Shown here one piece after another: positions 12,689 through 22,242 of a stretch of DNA of 56,251 nt; position 1 is the first letter of the stretch; every line of letters begins with the position of its first letter. The DNA comes from a bacterium (GTDB lineage: Bacteria; Ratteibacteria; UBA8468; B48-G9; JAFGKM01). The DNA lies in assembly GCA_035370465.1 (NCBI GenBank), contig DAOOVW010000002.1, positions 12,939 to 69,189 on the forward strand, read 5' to 3'. Both the position numbers and the translations under genes were made by a program. Under the pieces are notes generated by a model. It saw only the letters and a list, made by a program, of their open reading frames with translations. It was not told the origin of the DNA and searched no databases.

Positions 12689-13555
12689 ATGAAAAAAGGG
12701 ATTGAAGAAAAAGTAATTAAAAAGAGTACTGGGGTTCCAATACTTATAAGAGAGGATATTGAGTATTTAGATAAAGGACATTCTGTTTTTCTTGCATATC
12801 ACCAAGAAGTTGAAATTCATATAATAAAAGAAGGAAAAGGGTTTTATCTCATTCAAAATAAAAAATATATTTTTGATAAAAATACTGCAATAATTATTTA
12901 TCCTGACCAGCAACATCTTCATAATATTTATCCACCTTATAGTATTAAAAAAATTTCTCTTTATTTCAATCCCGGCATTTTAAAAAAAATTAATTTTGAC
13001 ATAAATTCTTTACCACATTTAATAAAAATACCTGGTAAAAACATAGCAAAAATTCAATTAGTTGTTGATTTGATGAAAAATGAAATATCTGAGAAGAAAA
13101 AATTTTGCGAAGATACAACATATTCTTTACTCAATTTTATTCTTAATTTATTGAAAAGGTGGAAATACGAAAAAGAAATTCCTTATAAGCAAGCAGATCC
13201 ACTAATTGATAAATTAATAGAATATTTAAATGAAAATTATTATAAGGATATTGACATTTTACATCTTTCAAAAATATTTTATAAGTCAGAAAGTTATCTT
13301 TCACACATATTTAAGAAATTTACAGGTATAGGAATAAAAGAATATATTATTCAAAAAAGAATTCTTGAATCAAAAAAAATTCTTGAAAATCAAAATGACA
13401 TTAAAATTACAAAAGTTGGAGAGAAAGTTGGTTTTTCTTCATTTCCACTTTTCTATCGTGCTTTTAAAAAAATAACAGGTATCTCTCCTTCTTCATATAG
13501 GGACATTTTTTTAAAAGCAGAAAATAATATAAAGACAGCAGAAAATATAATTTAA
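12689..13555 (+). CDS. AraC family transcriptional regulator (cupin sensor + HTH)
   Basis: N-terminal cupin-like region (HQEVEIHIIKEGKG). C-terminal double HTH (SESYLSHIFKKFTGIGIKEYI...KITKVGEKVGFSSFPLFYRAFKKITGISPSSYR). Confidence 0.85.
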   Translation: MKKGIEEKVIKKSTGVPILIREDIEYLDKGHSVFLAYHQEVEIHIIKEGKGFYLIQNKKYIFDKNTAIIIYPDQQHLHNIYPPYSIKKISLYFNPGILKKINFDINSLPHLIKIPGKNIAKIQLVVDLMKNEISEKKKFCEDTTYSLLNFILNLLKRWKYEKEIPYKQADPLIDKLIEYLNENYYKDIDILHLSKIFYKSESYLSHIFKKFTGIGIKEYIIQKRILESKKILENQNDIKITKVGEKVGFSSFPLFYRAFKKITGISPSSYRDIFLKAENNIKTAENII

Positions 13556-13597
13556 TTTTAATTCTTTTAATGTATAATTAACTTACTGAGGGAAAAA

Positions 13598-14632
13598 ATG
13601 GAGAAAAAATTTAGTTGGTATGTAAGTGGTTGTCATGAAGCATATGCTTATCTTTCTGGATTAAAACTTGATGAAATTTATAAAGATTATTTTTCTTGTG
13701 CAAAAGCATTTGAGGTAGGTAGAAAAAAAATTAAAGAAATATTTGGGGAGCAGGTAGTAGTTGGTTCTCCTTCCTGTGCTCCAATTTCTTATGGTCATAT
13801 AATATGTTTGGGAGTTCCTGTAAGTTTTCCAGAGGACTCGGAACCAGGTGTAAGGCCAATTTATAAAAATATTGATGAAGGTATTGACGCATTAAAAAAA
13901 GATGTTGATTTTAGCAAAAATGAATTATTTAAACATTATTTAGGTATGTGGGAATATTTAAAAAATAAGTTTCCTGATGAAAAAGTTTATTTTTCTGGAT
14001 TTGGATGGGAAGGTCCAATAACAACAGCAGTTCTTTTAAGAGGAACTGATTTTTATATGGATATTTTTGATTGTCCAGAAAAAGTCAAAAATTTTCTTTC
14101 TCTTGTAACAGAGAGTGTTATAAAATTCGTTTATTTCACAAGAAACATAAATAATGAGCCACCAATAAATTCTGAAAGTAGTGGGTTAGCCGATGACCTT
14201 TCAAGTTTAATTTCCCCTTCTTTATGGGATGAATTTGTAATTCCTTATTGGGAAAGATATTATAGTGGTTTAACCACTGGAAAAAGAACAATACATGTTG
14301 AAAACTTAAAACCAGAGCATCTTCCTTACCTTAAAAAAGTAAATATCTCTTATTATGACCCTTCTGTATCTCCTGCTTTAAGTCCAAAAATAATAAAAGA
14401 AAAAATAGATATACCATTTGAATGGCGACTCCCTTCATTTCAATTAAGAGATATGAAAAAAGGAGATGTAAGAAAATGGATTTATGAAATGATAAAGGAA
14501 GGGGCAGATACATTATTTCATATTATAGGGAAAGAATGTTGTTTAGGTAATAATCCTGATAAAGTAAAGGAATTCATTAAAACATGTAAAGAAATAGAAA
14601 AAGGAGAAGATTATGGGAAAATTAGCAATTGA
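13598..14632 (+). CDS. Uroporphyrinogen decarboxylase (URO-D)-like family protein
   Basis: EGPITTAVLLRGTDFYMDIFDCPEKV and LADDLSSLISPSLWDEFVIPYWERY resemble the URO-D / MtaA-like pattern (GPFT..., D..S.LIS...F.EF..PY). Confidence 0.5.
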   Translation: MEKKFSWYVSGCHEAYAYLSGLKLDEIYKDYFSCAKAFEVGRKKIKEIFGEQVVVGSPSCAPISYGHIICLGVPVSFPEDSEPGVRPIYKNIDEGIDALKKDVDFSKNELFKHYLGMWEYLKNKFPDEKVYFSGFGWEGPITTAVLLRGTDFYMDIFDCPEKVKNFLSLVTESVIKFVYFTRNINNEPPINSESSGLADDLSSLISPSLWDEFVIPYWERYYSGLTTGKRTIHVENLKPEHLPYLKKVNISYYDPSVSPALSPKIIKEKIDIPFEWRLPSFQLRDMKKGDVRKWIYEMIKEGADTLFHIIGKECCLGNNPDKVKEFIKTCKEIEKGEDYGKISN

Positions 14633-15851
14633 AGGTGGAAAGCCGGTAAGAGAAAAACCAATGCCAGGAAGAATTATGTTTGGTGAAGAGGAAAAAAAGG
14701 TAGTTATGGAACTTATTGAAGGTGGGATAAAAGGAACAACAGAAAAATTTCTTGATAGATATGCAGGAGAAAATGTTAATAAATATGAAGAAGAATTTGC
14801 AAAATTTTTTGGTATGAAATTTGCAACAGCAGTAAGTTCAGGAACAGCAGCAGTTCATTCTGCAATCGCGTCTCTTGATTTAGAGCCAGGAAGTGAAATT
14901 ATAACAAGTCCAATAACAGATCCTGGAACAGTCATGCCTATTTTATTTCAAGGGCTTATACCTATTTTTGCTGATGTTGATTTTGATACATTGAACATAA
15001 CATCTGAAACAATTGAAAAAGTTATTACAAAAAAAACAAAGGGTATAATTCCAGTTCATTTAGCAGGAGTTCCATGCCAGATAGACAAAATAATGAAGTT
15101 AGGTAAAAAATATAAATTGAAAGTTATTGAAGATTGTGCACAAGCACATTTTTCAATTTATAAAAATAAATATGTAGGGACTTTTGGTGATATAGGTGTT
15201 TTTTCTTTAATGAGTGGAAAACATATGACAAGTGGAGGACAGGGTGGGATGGTTATAACTAACAATGAAAAATATTATTGGAATGCAAAAAGGTTTGCTG
15301 ATAGAGGAAAACCATTTGGGATAAAAAATCCAAAAGGAAATATTTCTATTGGTTTAAATTATAGAATGACAGAATTAGAAGGTGCCATTGGGAGGGTCCA
15401 GTTAAAAAAGATAAAGGTAGTTGCAGAAAAACGATACAAAATAGTTGAGAAATTAAGAGATGGTTTTTCATCTTTCAAAACATTTTCTTTATGGAAAAAG
15501 CCCGATGAAAGCAAACCAAATTATTGGTTTTGCTTTGTTTGTGTTGATGATAAAAAATTAAAAGTTGATAAATGGAAAACAGCAGAAGCACTAAGAGCAG
15601 AGGGTATGCCAGTAGGTGCTCATTATGTTATTCCCATGTACGAAAATCCATTTATTAAAAATAGGAAAACATTTGGGAATAGCAGTTATCCGTTTAATCC
15701 ATTTAATCCAAATATTAAGTATAAATGTCCTGTTGCAGAAAAAACATTAAATTCACATATAACTTTATACATACATGAATGTTTTACAGATAAAGAAATT
15801 GAAGATATATTAAAGGCATTTGATAAAGTTGAAAGTGCCTATCTAAAATAG
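14613..15851 (+). CDS. DegT/DnrJ/EryC1/StrS family PLP-dependent aminotransferase (copy 1)
   Basis: SSGTAAVHSAI, IPVHLAGVPC, VIEDCAQAH and the FSLMSGKHMTSGGQGGMV lysine region. It overlaps the upstream CDS by 20 nt. Confidence 0.85.
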   Translation: MGKLAIEGGKPVREKPMPGRIMFGEEEKKVVMELIEGGIKGTTEKFLDRYAGENVNKYEEEFAKFFGMKFATAVSSGTAAVHSAIASLDLEPGSEIITSPITDPGTVMPILFQGLIPIFADVDFDTLNITSETIEKVITKKTKGIIPVHLAGVPCQIDKIMKLGKKYKLKVIEDCAQAHFSIYKNKYVGTFGDIGVFSLMSGKHMTSGGQGGMVITNNEKYYWNAKRFADRGKPFGIKNPKGNISIGLNYRMTELEGAIGRVQLKKIKVVAEKRYKIVEKLRDGFSSFKTFSLWKKPDESKPNYWFCFVCVDDKKLKVDKWKTAEALRAEGMPVGAHYVIPMYENPFIKNRKTFGNSSYPFNPFNPNIKYKCPVAEKTLNSHITLYIHECFTDKEIEDILKAFDKVESAYLK

Positions 15852-15860
15852 GAGGAAAAA

Positions 15861-17966
15861 ATGATATTTCACATGTTTAGAGTTGATTATCCTGATAATT
15901 GGGATAAATTAAAAGAATTAAATTTAGAAAAATTGGCAAAAATTAAGAAAGAGTTATACAAAGTAGATATTGAGTGGGTTGTTGGTTCATTTGGAACATT
16001 TCCTGGACAGGGATATATGGTAAGTTTTAATACACCATATTTTGAGAAGTATCCTGGACTTGGTGATTTTGATTATATAAGAGAATATCTCCCTTACGCA
16101 AAAAAATATGGAATAAAATTGGTATCTTATTTAAATCTTCACTGGTTTTCTTATGAATTTGCTTCAAAACATTATGATTGGCAACAAATAACTTATGATG
16201 GGAAAATTTATGGGGAAAAATATCCTTTATATGGAAATGGAACTACATTTTGTATAAACTCTCCTTTTAGGGAATGGGCGTTAAAGATGATGGAAGAAGT
16301 TATGAAAACAGGAATAGATGGTGTTTTTCTTGATGGTCCTGGAATTTTTCCTGAAAGTTGTTATTGCGAGTATTGTAGAAAAAAATTTAAAGAAGAAACC
16401 GGCCATGACTTACCTGAATGGGAAAATTGGTCTGACCCCATCTGGAAGGAATTTTTACTTTTTAGAAAAAAGTCGTTTTTAAAGTTTATGGAAGATGCAA
16501 AGAAAGTTGTAAAAAGAATAAACAAAGATGGGATTATTTTTATAAATTCTTCACATCTTCCTGAATGGGGAATTCCAAGATATATTGGGGAACTTGAACA
16601 ATATCAGGATTTTAACCTCTCTGAGGCATTTTATCATTTAGGGAGTGTTAGAGATTACTTTTTTTATTATTTTGTTGCAAAATACCTAAAAGTGAGTGAA
16701 AAACCATCTTCTGCTGCAATGCATCATGCTGCTGGTATCTGGCATTGGATACCTCTTTATCCCCAAGAAGTAAAAATGAGTATAAGTCAAAATTTATGTG
16801 TTAAAAATTGTTTATGGACTGCTGTTTTAAATGGAAATGATATTGAAAATCCAGAGTACTGGCAACCAATAAAAGAAGTAATGGAAAAAGTTGAGGATAA
16901 AAAGGAAATTTTTGATAAAGGCAAAACTTATGCACCAGTTGGATTATATGTTTCTTCTTCCACCGTTTATTTTTATATTTCAGAAATTAAAGGAATATAC
17001 ACAGAAGAAGAAAAGGTAAAAGAAGAAAATCTTGTTTTAAAAAGAGAGAAAGAAGTTAAGAAAGATAAGAAACATAAATGTGATGATATAACATATAAAG
17101 AATTGAGTGGATTTTTTGAAGTACTTGTTCGTTCCCATATACCATTTAAAATAATAAATGAGAATATCCTTGAAGAAAATCTCAAAAAATTAGATGTTTT
17201 AATTTTACCAAATACTACCTGTCTTTCAGAAAAAGAAATTTCTTTAATTAATGATTTTGTGAAGAAAGGCGGAAAATTAATAATGAGTTTTGAAAGTGGA
17301 TGGTATGATGAATATGGAAACAAAAGAGAAAAAAATCCATTTATTGATTTTGAAATAGAAGATAATTTTCCTTTAAGAAACGCAGAGCAATATTGTATAT
17401 TTGAGGTAGAAACAGGAAAATATAAAAAAGGAAGATTAGTTCCAAGACCTTCTTATTCATTAAAGATAAAAACAAAAGAGAAAGTAATTCTCTCATTTAT
17501 AAAACCATCAAAAGGGACATATTCCTATTGTATAGAGAAGTCAGATTATCCAGCAATTATTAAAAAAATCGAAGGGAAAGGAAAGATAATTTATTTTTCT
17601 AATCTTCCTGGAGAATTTTATAATTCATTTCATCCTCTTGAATGGGAAAATATAATAAGTGAAATAATAAAAGAGAAAATTGAATTTGAAATAAAAGTTG
17701 ATGCTCCTTCAACTACAATAACTGAATTTTATAAAGATAGTGATAACTGGATAATACATATTGTTAATTCAACAGGTGATATGAAAAGACCTGTTTCAGA
17801 AATTATTCCTGTTGATGTAAAAATAGAAATAAAAGGTAAATTTGAACTTTCTGAAAGAGTTTTTGAAGATGGAAATTTAAAAATTGAAAAGGAAAAAGAC
17901 AAAACAAATATAACACTTGAAGGCATTTCTCTTTATGAAATTATTTATTTAAGGAGAGCAGAATGA
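15861..17966 (+). CDS. GHL6-like putative glycoside hydrolase with beta-galactosidase-trimerisation-like domain (copy 1)
   Basis: FCINSPFREW...GIDGVFLDGPGIFPESCYCEYCRKKF is the pattern I associate with hypothetical glycosyl hydrolase family 6. The later DVLILPNTTCLSEKE...FVKKGGKLI resembles the GH42 trimerisation (GATase-like) domain. Confidence 0.55.
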   Translation: MIFHMFRVDYPDNWDKLKELNLEKLAKIKKELYKVDIEWVVGSFGTFPGQGYMVSFNTPYFEKYPGLGDFDYIREYLPYAKKYGIKLVSYLNLHWFSYEFASKHYDWQQITYDGKIYGEKYPLYGNGTTFCINSPFREWALKMMEEVMKTGIDGVFLDGPGIFPESCYCEYCRKKFKEETGHDLPEWENWSDPIWKEFLLFRKKSFLKFMEDAKKVVKRINKDGIIFINSSHLPEWGIPRYIGELEQYQDFNLSEAFYHLGSVRDYFFYYFVAKYLKVSEKPSSAAMHHAAGIWHWIPLYPQEVKMSISQNLCVKNCLWTAVLNGNDIENPEYWQPIKEVMEKVEDKKEIFDKGKTYAPVGLYVSSSTVYFYISEIKGIYTEEEKVKEENLVLKREKEVKKDKKHKCDDITYKELSGFFEVLVRSHIPFKIINENILEENLKKLDVLILPNTTCLSEKEISLINDFVKKGGKLIMSFESGWYDEYGNKREKNPFIDFEIEDNFPLRNAEQYCIFEVETGKYKKGRLVPRPSYSLKIKTKEKVILSFIKPSKGTYSYCIEKSDYPAIIKKIEGKGKIIYFSNLPGEFYNSFHPLEWENIISEIIKEKIEFEIKVDAPSTTITEFYKDSDNWIIHIVNSTGDMKRPVSEIIPVDVKIEIKGKFELSERVFEDGNLKIEKEKDKTNITLEGISLYEIIYLRRAE

Positions 17967-18751
17967 AAGTATATATAATGACTGATTTAGAAGGAGTTGC
18001 AGGAGTAGTTGATTTTGAAAGTCAAACATATAACACAGGAAAGTATTATGAAATAGCAAAAGGACTATTAACAGAAGAAGTAAATTCCTGTTGTGATGGA
18101 TTAGTAGAGGTAGGGGTTGATGAAATTTTTGTTAGTGATGGTCATGGGTCTGGGGGAATATTGCCTGAAAAAATACACCGAGAGGCAAAACTTTTACATG
18201 GAAGACCTCTTCCGAAATTTTGGGAAATTGATAAAAAATGGGATTGTATTTTTCTACTATCTCACCATAGTATGCATGGAACCAAAAATGGAAATTTAAA
18301 TCATACATATTCAAGCAGGTCAATAGTAAAAATGGAATTAAATGGAGAAAAAATAGGAGAAATAGGAATTGGAGTATATCTTGCTGGTTGGTTTAATATA
18401 CCGGTGGTTTTTATCAGTGGAGATGAAGCAGCATGTGAAGAGGCAGGAAAATATGTTCCTAATATAGAAAAAGCAATTGTAAAGTGGGGAATTACCAGAA
18501 CTTCTGCAATTTCACTTTCTCCAATAAAAGCAAGAGAAATAATAAAAGAAAAAGCAAAAAAGGCAATAGAAAAAATTGATAAAATAAAACCAGTAAAATT
18601 TGAGGGAGAATGTGAACTTCTTATTGAATTTATTTCTACTTCTGATGCTTTTGGTTTTGTGAAAAGACCTTTTTTTGAAAAAGTTAATGAAACAACAGTA
18701 AAAGTTAAAGGTAAAAACTTTCTTGAACTTTTTGAAAGGTATTTTTATTAA
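17963..18751 (+). CDS. Peptidase M55 (DppA-type D-aminopeptidase) family protein (copy 1)
   Basis: MKVYIMTDLEGVAGV, VSDGHGSG and GEIGIGVYLAGWFNIPVVFISGDEAACEEA align well with B. subtilis DppA. The start overlaps the upstream stop (ATGA). Confidence 0.8.
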   Translation: MKVYIMTDLEGVAGVVDFESQTYNTGKYYEIAKGLLTEEVNSCCDGLVEVGVDEIFVSDGHGSGGILPEKIHREAKLLHGRPLPKFWEIDKKWDCIFLLSHHSMHGTKNGNLNHTYSSRSIVKMELNGEKIGEIGIGVYLAGWFNIPVVFISGDEAACEEAGKYVPNIEKAIVKWGITRTSAISLSPIKAREIIKEKAKKAIEKIDKIKPVKFEGECELLIEFISTSDAFGFVKRPFFEKVNETTVKVKGKNFLELFERYFY

Positions 18752-18934
18752 GTGGATATAAAAATGTAATAAAGACAAATGGAAAAATGAAATTAGATTA
18801 ATTAGAAATAGAAAGCTATCTTACAACACTTATAATAATAGAGAATTGAATCAGTGATAAAAATTCCAGATGAGATGATACGATAAAAGTCAAAAAGTGG
18901 TGAATACTCTGGGATAAGTAGTAAAATAAAAAGA

Positions 18935-19095
18935 AATCCTGGAGTAGATAGGTTATAAGTGAATTTTTCCTTGGGGCGAAAAAAAGGACCTCGTAAAGGA
19001 GATTAACAGGCACCTATAACTGAATATTCACTACAGGATATTAGAGCCTGAATAGGAGGATGGTGTTCACCAAGATATATCTCTACTCCGAAGGA
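18935..19095 (+). ncRNA. Candidate IS110 bridge (seek) RNA in the 5' non-coding arm
   Basis: A long-range stem pairs GGAGTAGATA (18941-18950) with TATCTCTACTCC (19078-19089). It encloses about 150 nt with inner stems (AGTGAAT 18958-18964 / ATTCACT 19025-19031). The location matches where IS110-group elements encode their guide RNA. Confidence 0.3.
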
Positions 19096-19104
19096 TAACA
19101 AAAA

Positions 19105-20142
19105 ATGCAGGACAGAATGGGAAGATATATCGGAGTGGATTTGCATAAGAGGAGTTTTGCAGTATGTTATAGAAGTAAGGCAGGGGAGATAGAAGAGAAA
19201 GAGTATAGTATGACGGAGGCAGGGATAGAGGAATTCAAAAAGAGGATAAAGAAGACAGATGAAGTAGGTGTAGAAGCGACGAGGAATACAGGATATTTTA
19301 TAGGAGAGATAGAGAATAGTGTAGGTAGTATAAAAGTAATAAATCCGACACAATTTAAAATAATAGCCAACTCAGTAAAAAAAACAGACAAAATATCTGC
19401 CAAGACAATAGCGAAGTATTTAAGTAAGGGGTTAATTCCGGAGGTAAGGATGAGAAGCAAAGAGCAGATGGAGACACTGGGTTTAATAGGGACGAGGGAC
19501 AAATTGGTGAAATTAAGAACATCATTGAAGAACAAGATACACAATATATTAAATGCTAATGGGATAATCACCAAGAAAGAGATGTTCAGTTCAGATAAAG
19601 GGTTGGATAAGATATTAGAGATAGATTTAGATGAAGGATATTTATTTGAATTAAGATTGATAGTAGAACAGCTACATCATTTAAACGAGACAATAAAGAC
19701 CATAGACAAGGAATTAGCCAAGAGAGGGAAGAAAATGAAGGGGTTTAAGAATATAACATCAATGACAGGAATAAGTAATACATCAGGGACAATTTTATTA
19801 AGTGTGATAGGAGAGAAAAATGATTTTGAAAGAGATAAGAAGTTATCAGCATTTTTATGGTTAGTTCCGATGGTATATGCATCAGGGGATACAGTTCGCT
19901 ATGGTATGATAACTAAAATGGGTAATAAGATAGGGAGAACAACAGTGGTACAATCAACATTGGTAGCAATAAAATATAATGAGTATTTAAGGAATTTTTA
20001 TTTAAGGTTGAAAGCGAAGAAAGGGAGTGGTAAAGCAATAATAGCAACAGCAAGGAAGTATTTAACAATAATTTATAAAACACTGAGATATAATTTAGTT
20101 TTTGAGGATATTAATCATTTTAAGTTAGCAGAAAGTAGTTAA
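19105..20142 (+). CDS. IS110 family transposase/recombinase
   Basis: N-terminal DEDD RuvC-like segment (YIGVDLHKRSFAV...VGVEATRNTGYF). C-terminal Transposase_20-like segment (ITSMTGISNTSGTILLSVIG...FLWLVPMVYASGDTVRYGMITKMGNK). The ATG at 19117 (MGRYIGVD) is an alternative start. Confidence 0.85.
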   Translation: MQDRMGRYIGVDLHKRSFAVCYRSKAGEIEEKEYSMTEAGIEEFKKRIKKTDEVGVEATRNTGYFIGEIENSVGSIKVINPTQFKIIANSVKKTDKISAKTIAKYLSKGLIPEVRMRSKEQMETLGLIGTRDKLVKLRTSLKNKIHNILNANGIITKKEMFSSDKGLDKILEIDLDEGYLFELRLIVEQLHHLNETIKTIDKELAKRGKKMKGFKNITSMTGISNTSGTILLSVIGEKNDFERDKKLSAFLWLVPMVYASGDTVRYGMITKMGNKIGRTTVVQSTLVAIKYNEYLRNFYLRLKAKKGSGKAIIATARKYLTIIYKTLRYNLVFEDINHFKLAESS

Positions 20143-20193
20143 AAAATAACTTGTTGGAGTAGAGTTTTTTGACTCTTAACATAGGAAGATAAG

Positions 20194-22242
20194 ATGGAAT
20201 GGTGGAAAAAAGAACCTTTAAGAGTAATTGAAATTGCACATGGATATGAAATTAATGAAAAAATGAAGGTGTTAAAAGAATTGAATGCAAATATGGAGCA
20301 CCTTACAAGATACAATGCTTCGGAGTTGTTTCCATCAGAAGAATTTAGTCTTCATAGTGGAATTTTATTAAAACCTGATGATTTTGATAAATACTTAAAA
20401 GAAGCACATACAATTGGAGTAAAAGTAGTATTTTATTATAATGTTCATGCTGTAAATATTCAATATGCTAAAAAACGGCCTGATTGGCAACAGATTTGTG
20501 AAGATGGAAAGGCAATTGATAATGTATATGAAACATATTCTTCTTTTTGTGTGAATAGTGGTTGGAGAAATGAAGTATTTGAAATGTTAAAGAAAATTTG
20601 TAAATTTGGATTTGATGGAATTTTTTATGATGGTCCGATATTTTTTGCTAATACTTGTTATTGCGAGAGTTGTAAAAGATTATTTAAGGGAAAATATGGT
20701 TATCAATTGCCACAAAAGACATCCTTAAGTAAAGATAGAGAAAATTCTCAATGGAAAGATATAATTGAATTCCAGTCAGATGCTATTGAGAGATTTTTAG
20801 AAGATTCAAATAATGTAATAAAAAGTGTAAATCCATCAGTTCTTTTCTATATGAACTGCAATACTCTTGCTCCAACATGGCCAACAGGAAGGAATAATAG
20901 AAAAATAATAAGAAAAACAGATATTCTTGGTGCAGAAGGCGGATTTTTATATTATGGGTTAAATGAACCAATTTATAAACCAGGTGCAACTGCAAAATTT
21001 CTAAATTCTCAGGCATATGGAAAACCAGCAGTAGTATTTTGTGCAGGGAAACAATGTCCCTGGAATTTTTCTATTTTACCAAAAGGAGAAATTACACTTT
21101 TTTATACTCAAACAATAACTCATGGAGCAAATGTCTGGCTTGCTTTATGTGTAGATGAAGATGTAAGAAAATATAAACAACAGGTAAATATAATAAAAAG
21201 ATTTAATAAATTTATAAAAGAAAATCCATCCCCATTTATTGATAATACAAGTTCATGTGCAAAAACACTTTTAATTTTTCCTCAAAGGAGTTTAGATTTT
21301 TATGAGGGTTCATCAGTTCCATTAACTGATTTTACTAAAGAAATAAAAGGAGAAAAAGCAGGGAATTTAATTGAGGAATTTTATGGCTTTTATGATTCTC
21401 TTGTTAGAGTCCATATTCCATTTGATGTTAGTGATGAGGAAGGGATTTTAAATATTGAAAACGATAAATATGACCTTATAATTTTTCCTAATGCTGTATC
21501 TCTGGCTGATAAAGAAGTTGAAAAAATAGAAGGTTTTGTAAAAGATGGCGGTAATATAATATCTTCATTTGAAACATCCTCACATAATTATGGTAAGAGA
21601 TTAGAAAAATTTAAACTTGGCAAAATTTTAGGTATAGATGACATTGGTAAGATATTTGGTCCATTAAGGTGGGATTCTATTTTTATAGATGGAAAAATTA
21701 TTTTCTCTCCCGAATATGGAATTGAAATAAAAACAAAAGGGAAAATAATTTCTTATTTTGCAAAGCCCTTACCTGGCTCTTATTCAAAAAGACCAGAAAT
21801 TTCAGAAATTCCATTTATAGTTGAAAATAAATATGGGAAAGGTAAATCAATTTATTTTGCAGGAACAATTGGCTCTTCAATATATAAATATCATTTTCCT
21901 GAATATTATAAACTCCTTTCAAGTTTTTATAATTCATTAAGTAGAAAAATTTTAGAAATAGAAAATGCACCAACTTCTTTGGAAATTTCAATAAGAGAGA
22001 ATGAAAAGTTTTATTATATCTACTTTATAAATTTCACATCTGAAATGAAAAGACCAATAGAGGAAATAATGCCTATAAGAGATATAAAAGTTAAATTTTT
22101 TACAAATTCAAAAATTGGAGATGTTTATTCTTTATGGAATAAAGAAAAACTTACTTTTAAAAAAGCAAAAGGAAAGATAATTTTTAATATACCAATAATT
22201 AAAGAATATGAAATAATTAGGGTAAAAAAGGAGGAAAAATGA
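20194..22242 (+). CDS. GHL6-like putative glycoside hydrolase with trimerisation-like domain (copy 2)
   Basis: Full-length paralog of 15861..17966: FCVNSGWRNE...GFDGIFYDGPIFFANTCYCESCKRLF, and DLIIFPNAVSLADKEVEKIEGFVKDGGNII. Confidence 0.55.
   Translation: MEWWKKEPLRVIEIAHGYEINEKMKVLKELNANMEHLTRYNASELFPSEEFSLHSGILLKPDDFDKYLKEAHTIGVKVVFYYNVHAVNIQYAKKRPDWQQICEDGKAIDNVYETYSSFCVNSGWRNEVFEMLKKICKFGFDGIFYDGPIFFANTCYCESCKRLFKGKYGYQLPQKTSLSKDRENSQWKDIIEFQSDAIERFLEDSNNVIKSVNPSVLFYMNCNTLAPTWPTGRNNRKIIRKTDILGAEGGFLYYGLNEPIYKPGATAKFLNSQAYGKPAVVFCAGKQCPWNFSILPKGEITLFYTQTITHGANVWLALCVDEDVRKYKQQVNIIKRFNKFIKENPSPFIDNTSSCAKTLLIFPQRSLDFYEGSSVPLTDFTKEIKGEKAGNLIEEFYGFYDSLVRVHIPFDVSDEEGILNIENDKYDLIIFPNAVSLADKEVEKIEGFVKDGGNIISSFETSSHNYGKRLEKFKLGKILGIDDIGKIFGPLRWDSIFIDGKIIFSPEYGIEIKTKGKIISYFAKPLPGSYSKRPEISEIPFIVENKYGKGKSIYFAGTIGSSIYKYHFPEYYKLLSSFYNSLSRKILEIENAPTSLEISIRENEKFYYIYFINFTSEMKRPIEEIMPIRDIKVKFFTNSKIGDVYSLWNKEKLTFKKAKGKIIFNIPIIKEYEIIRVKKEEK

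Larger units (their letters stand above)
18790..20175 (+). mobile_element. IS110-family insertion sequence (boundaries approximate)
   Basis: It has one DEDD-type transposase ORF preceded by a non-coding region of about 300 nt, and no obvious terminal inverted repeats, as is usual for IS110. Composition is visibly more purine- and G-rich than the flanks. It sits between two operon-like cassettes. Confidence 0.7.

Noticed and set aside
18512-19574. Minus-strand ORFs 18512..18778, 18816..19013, 19003..19353 and 19167..19574
   Set aside because: They are antisense to the M55 gene, the IS110 non-coding arm or the transposase. They have low-complexity hydrophobic translations and no independent support.
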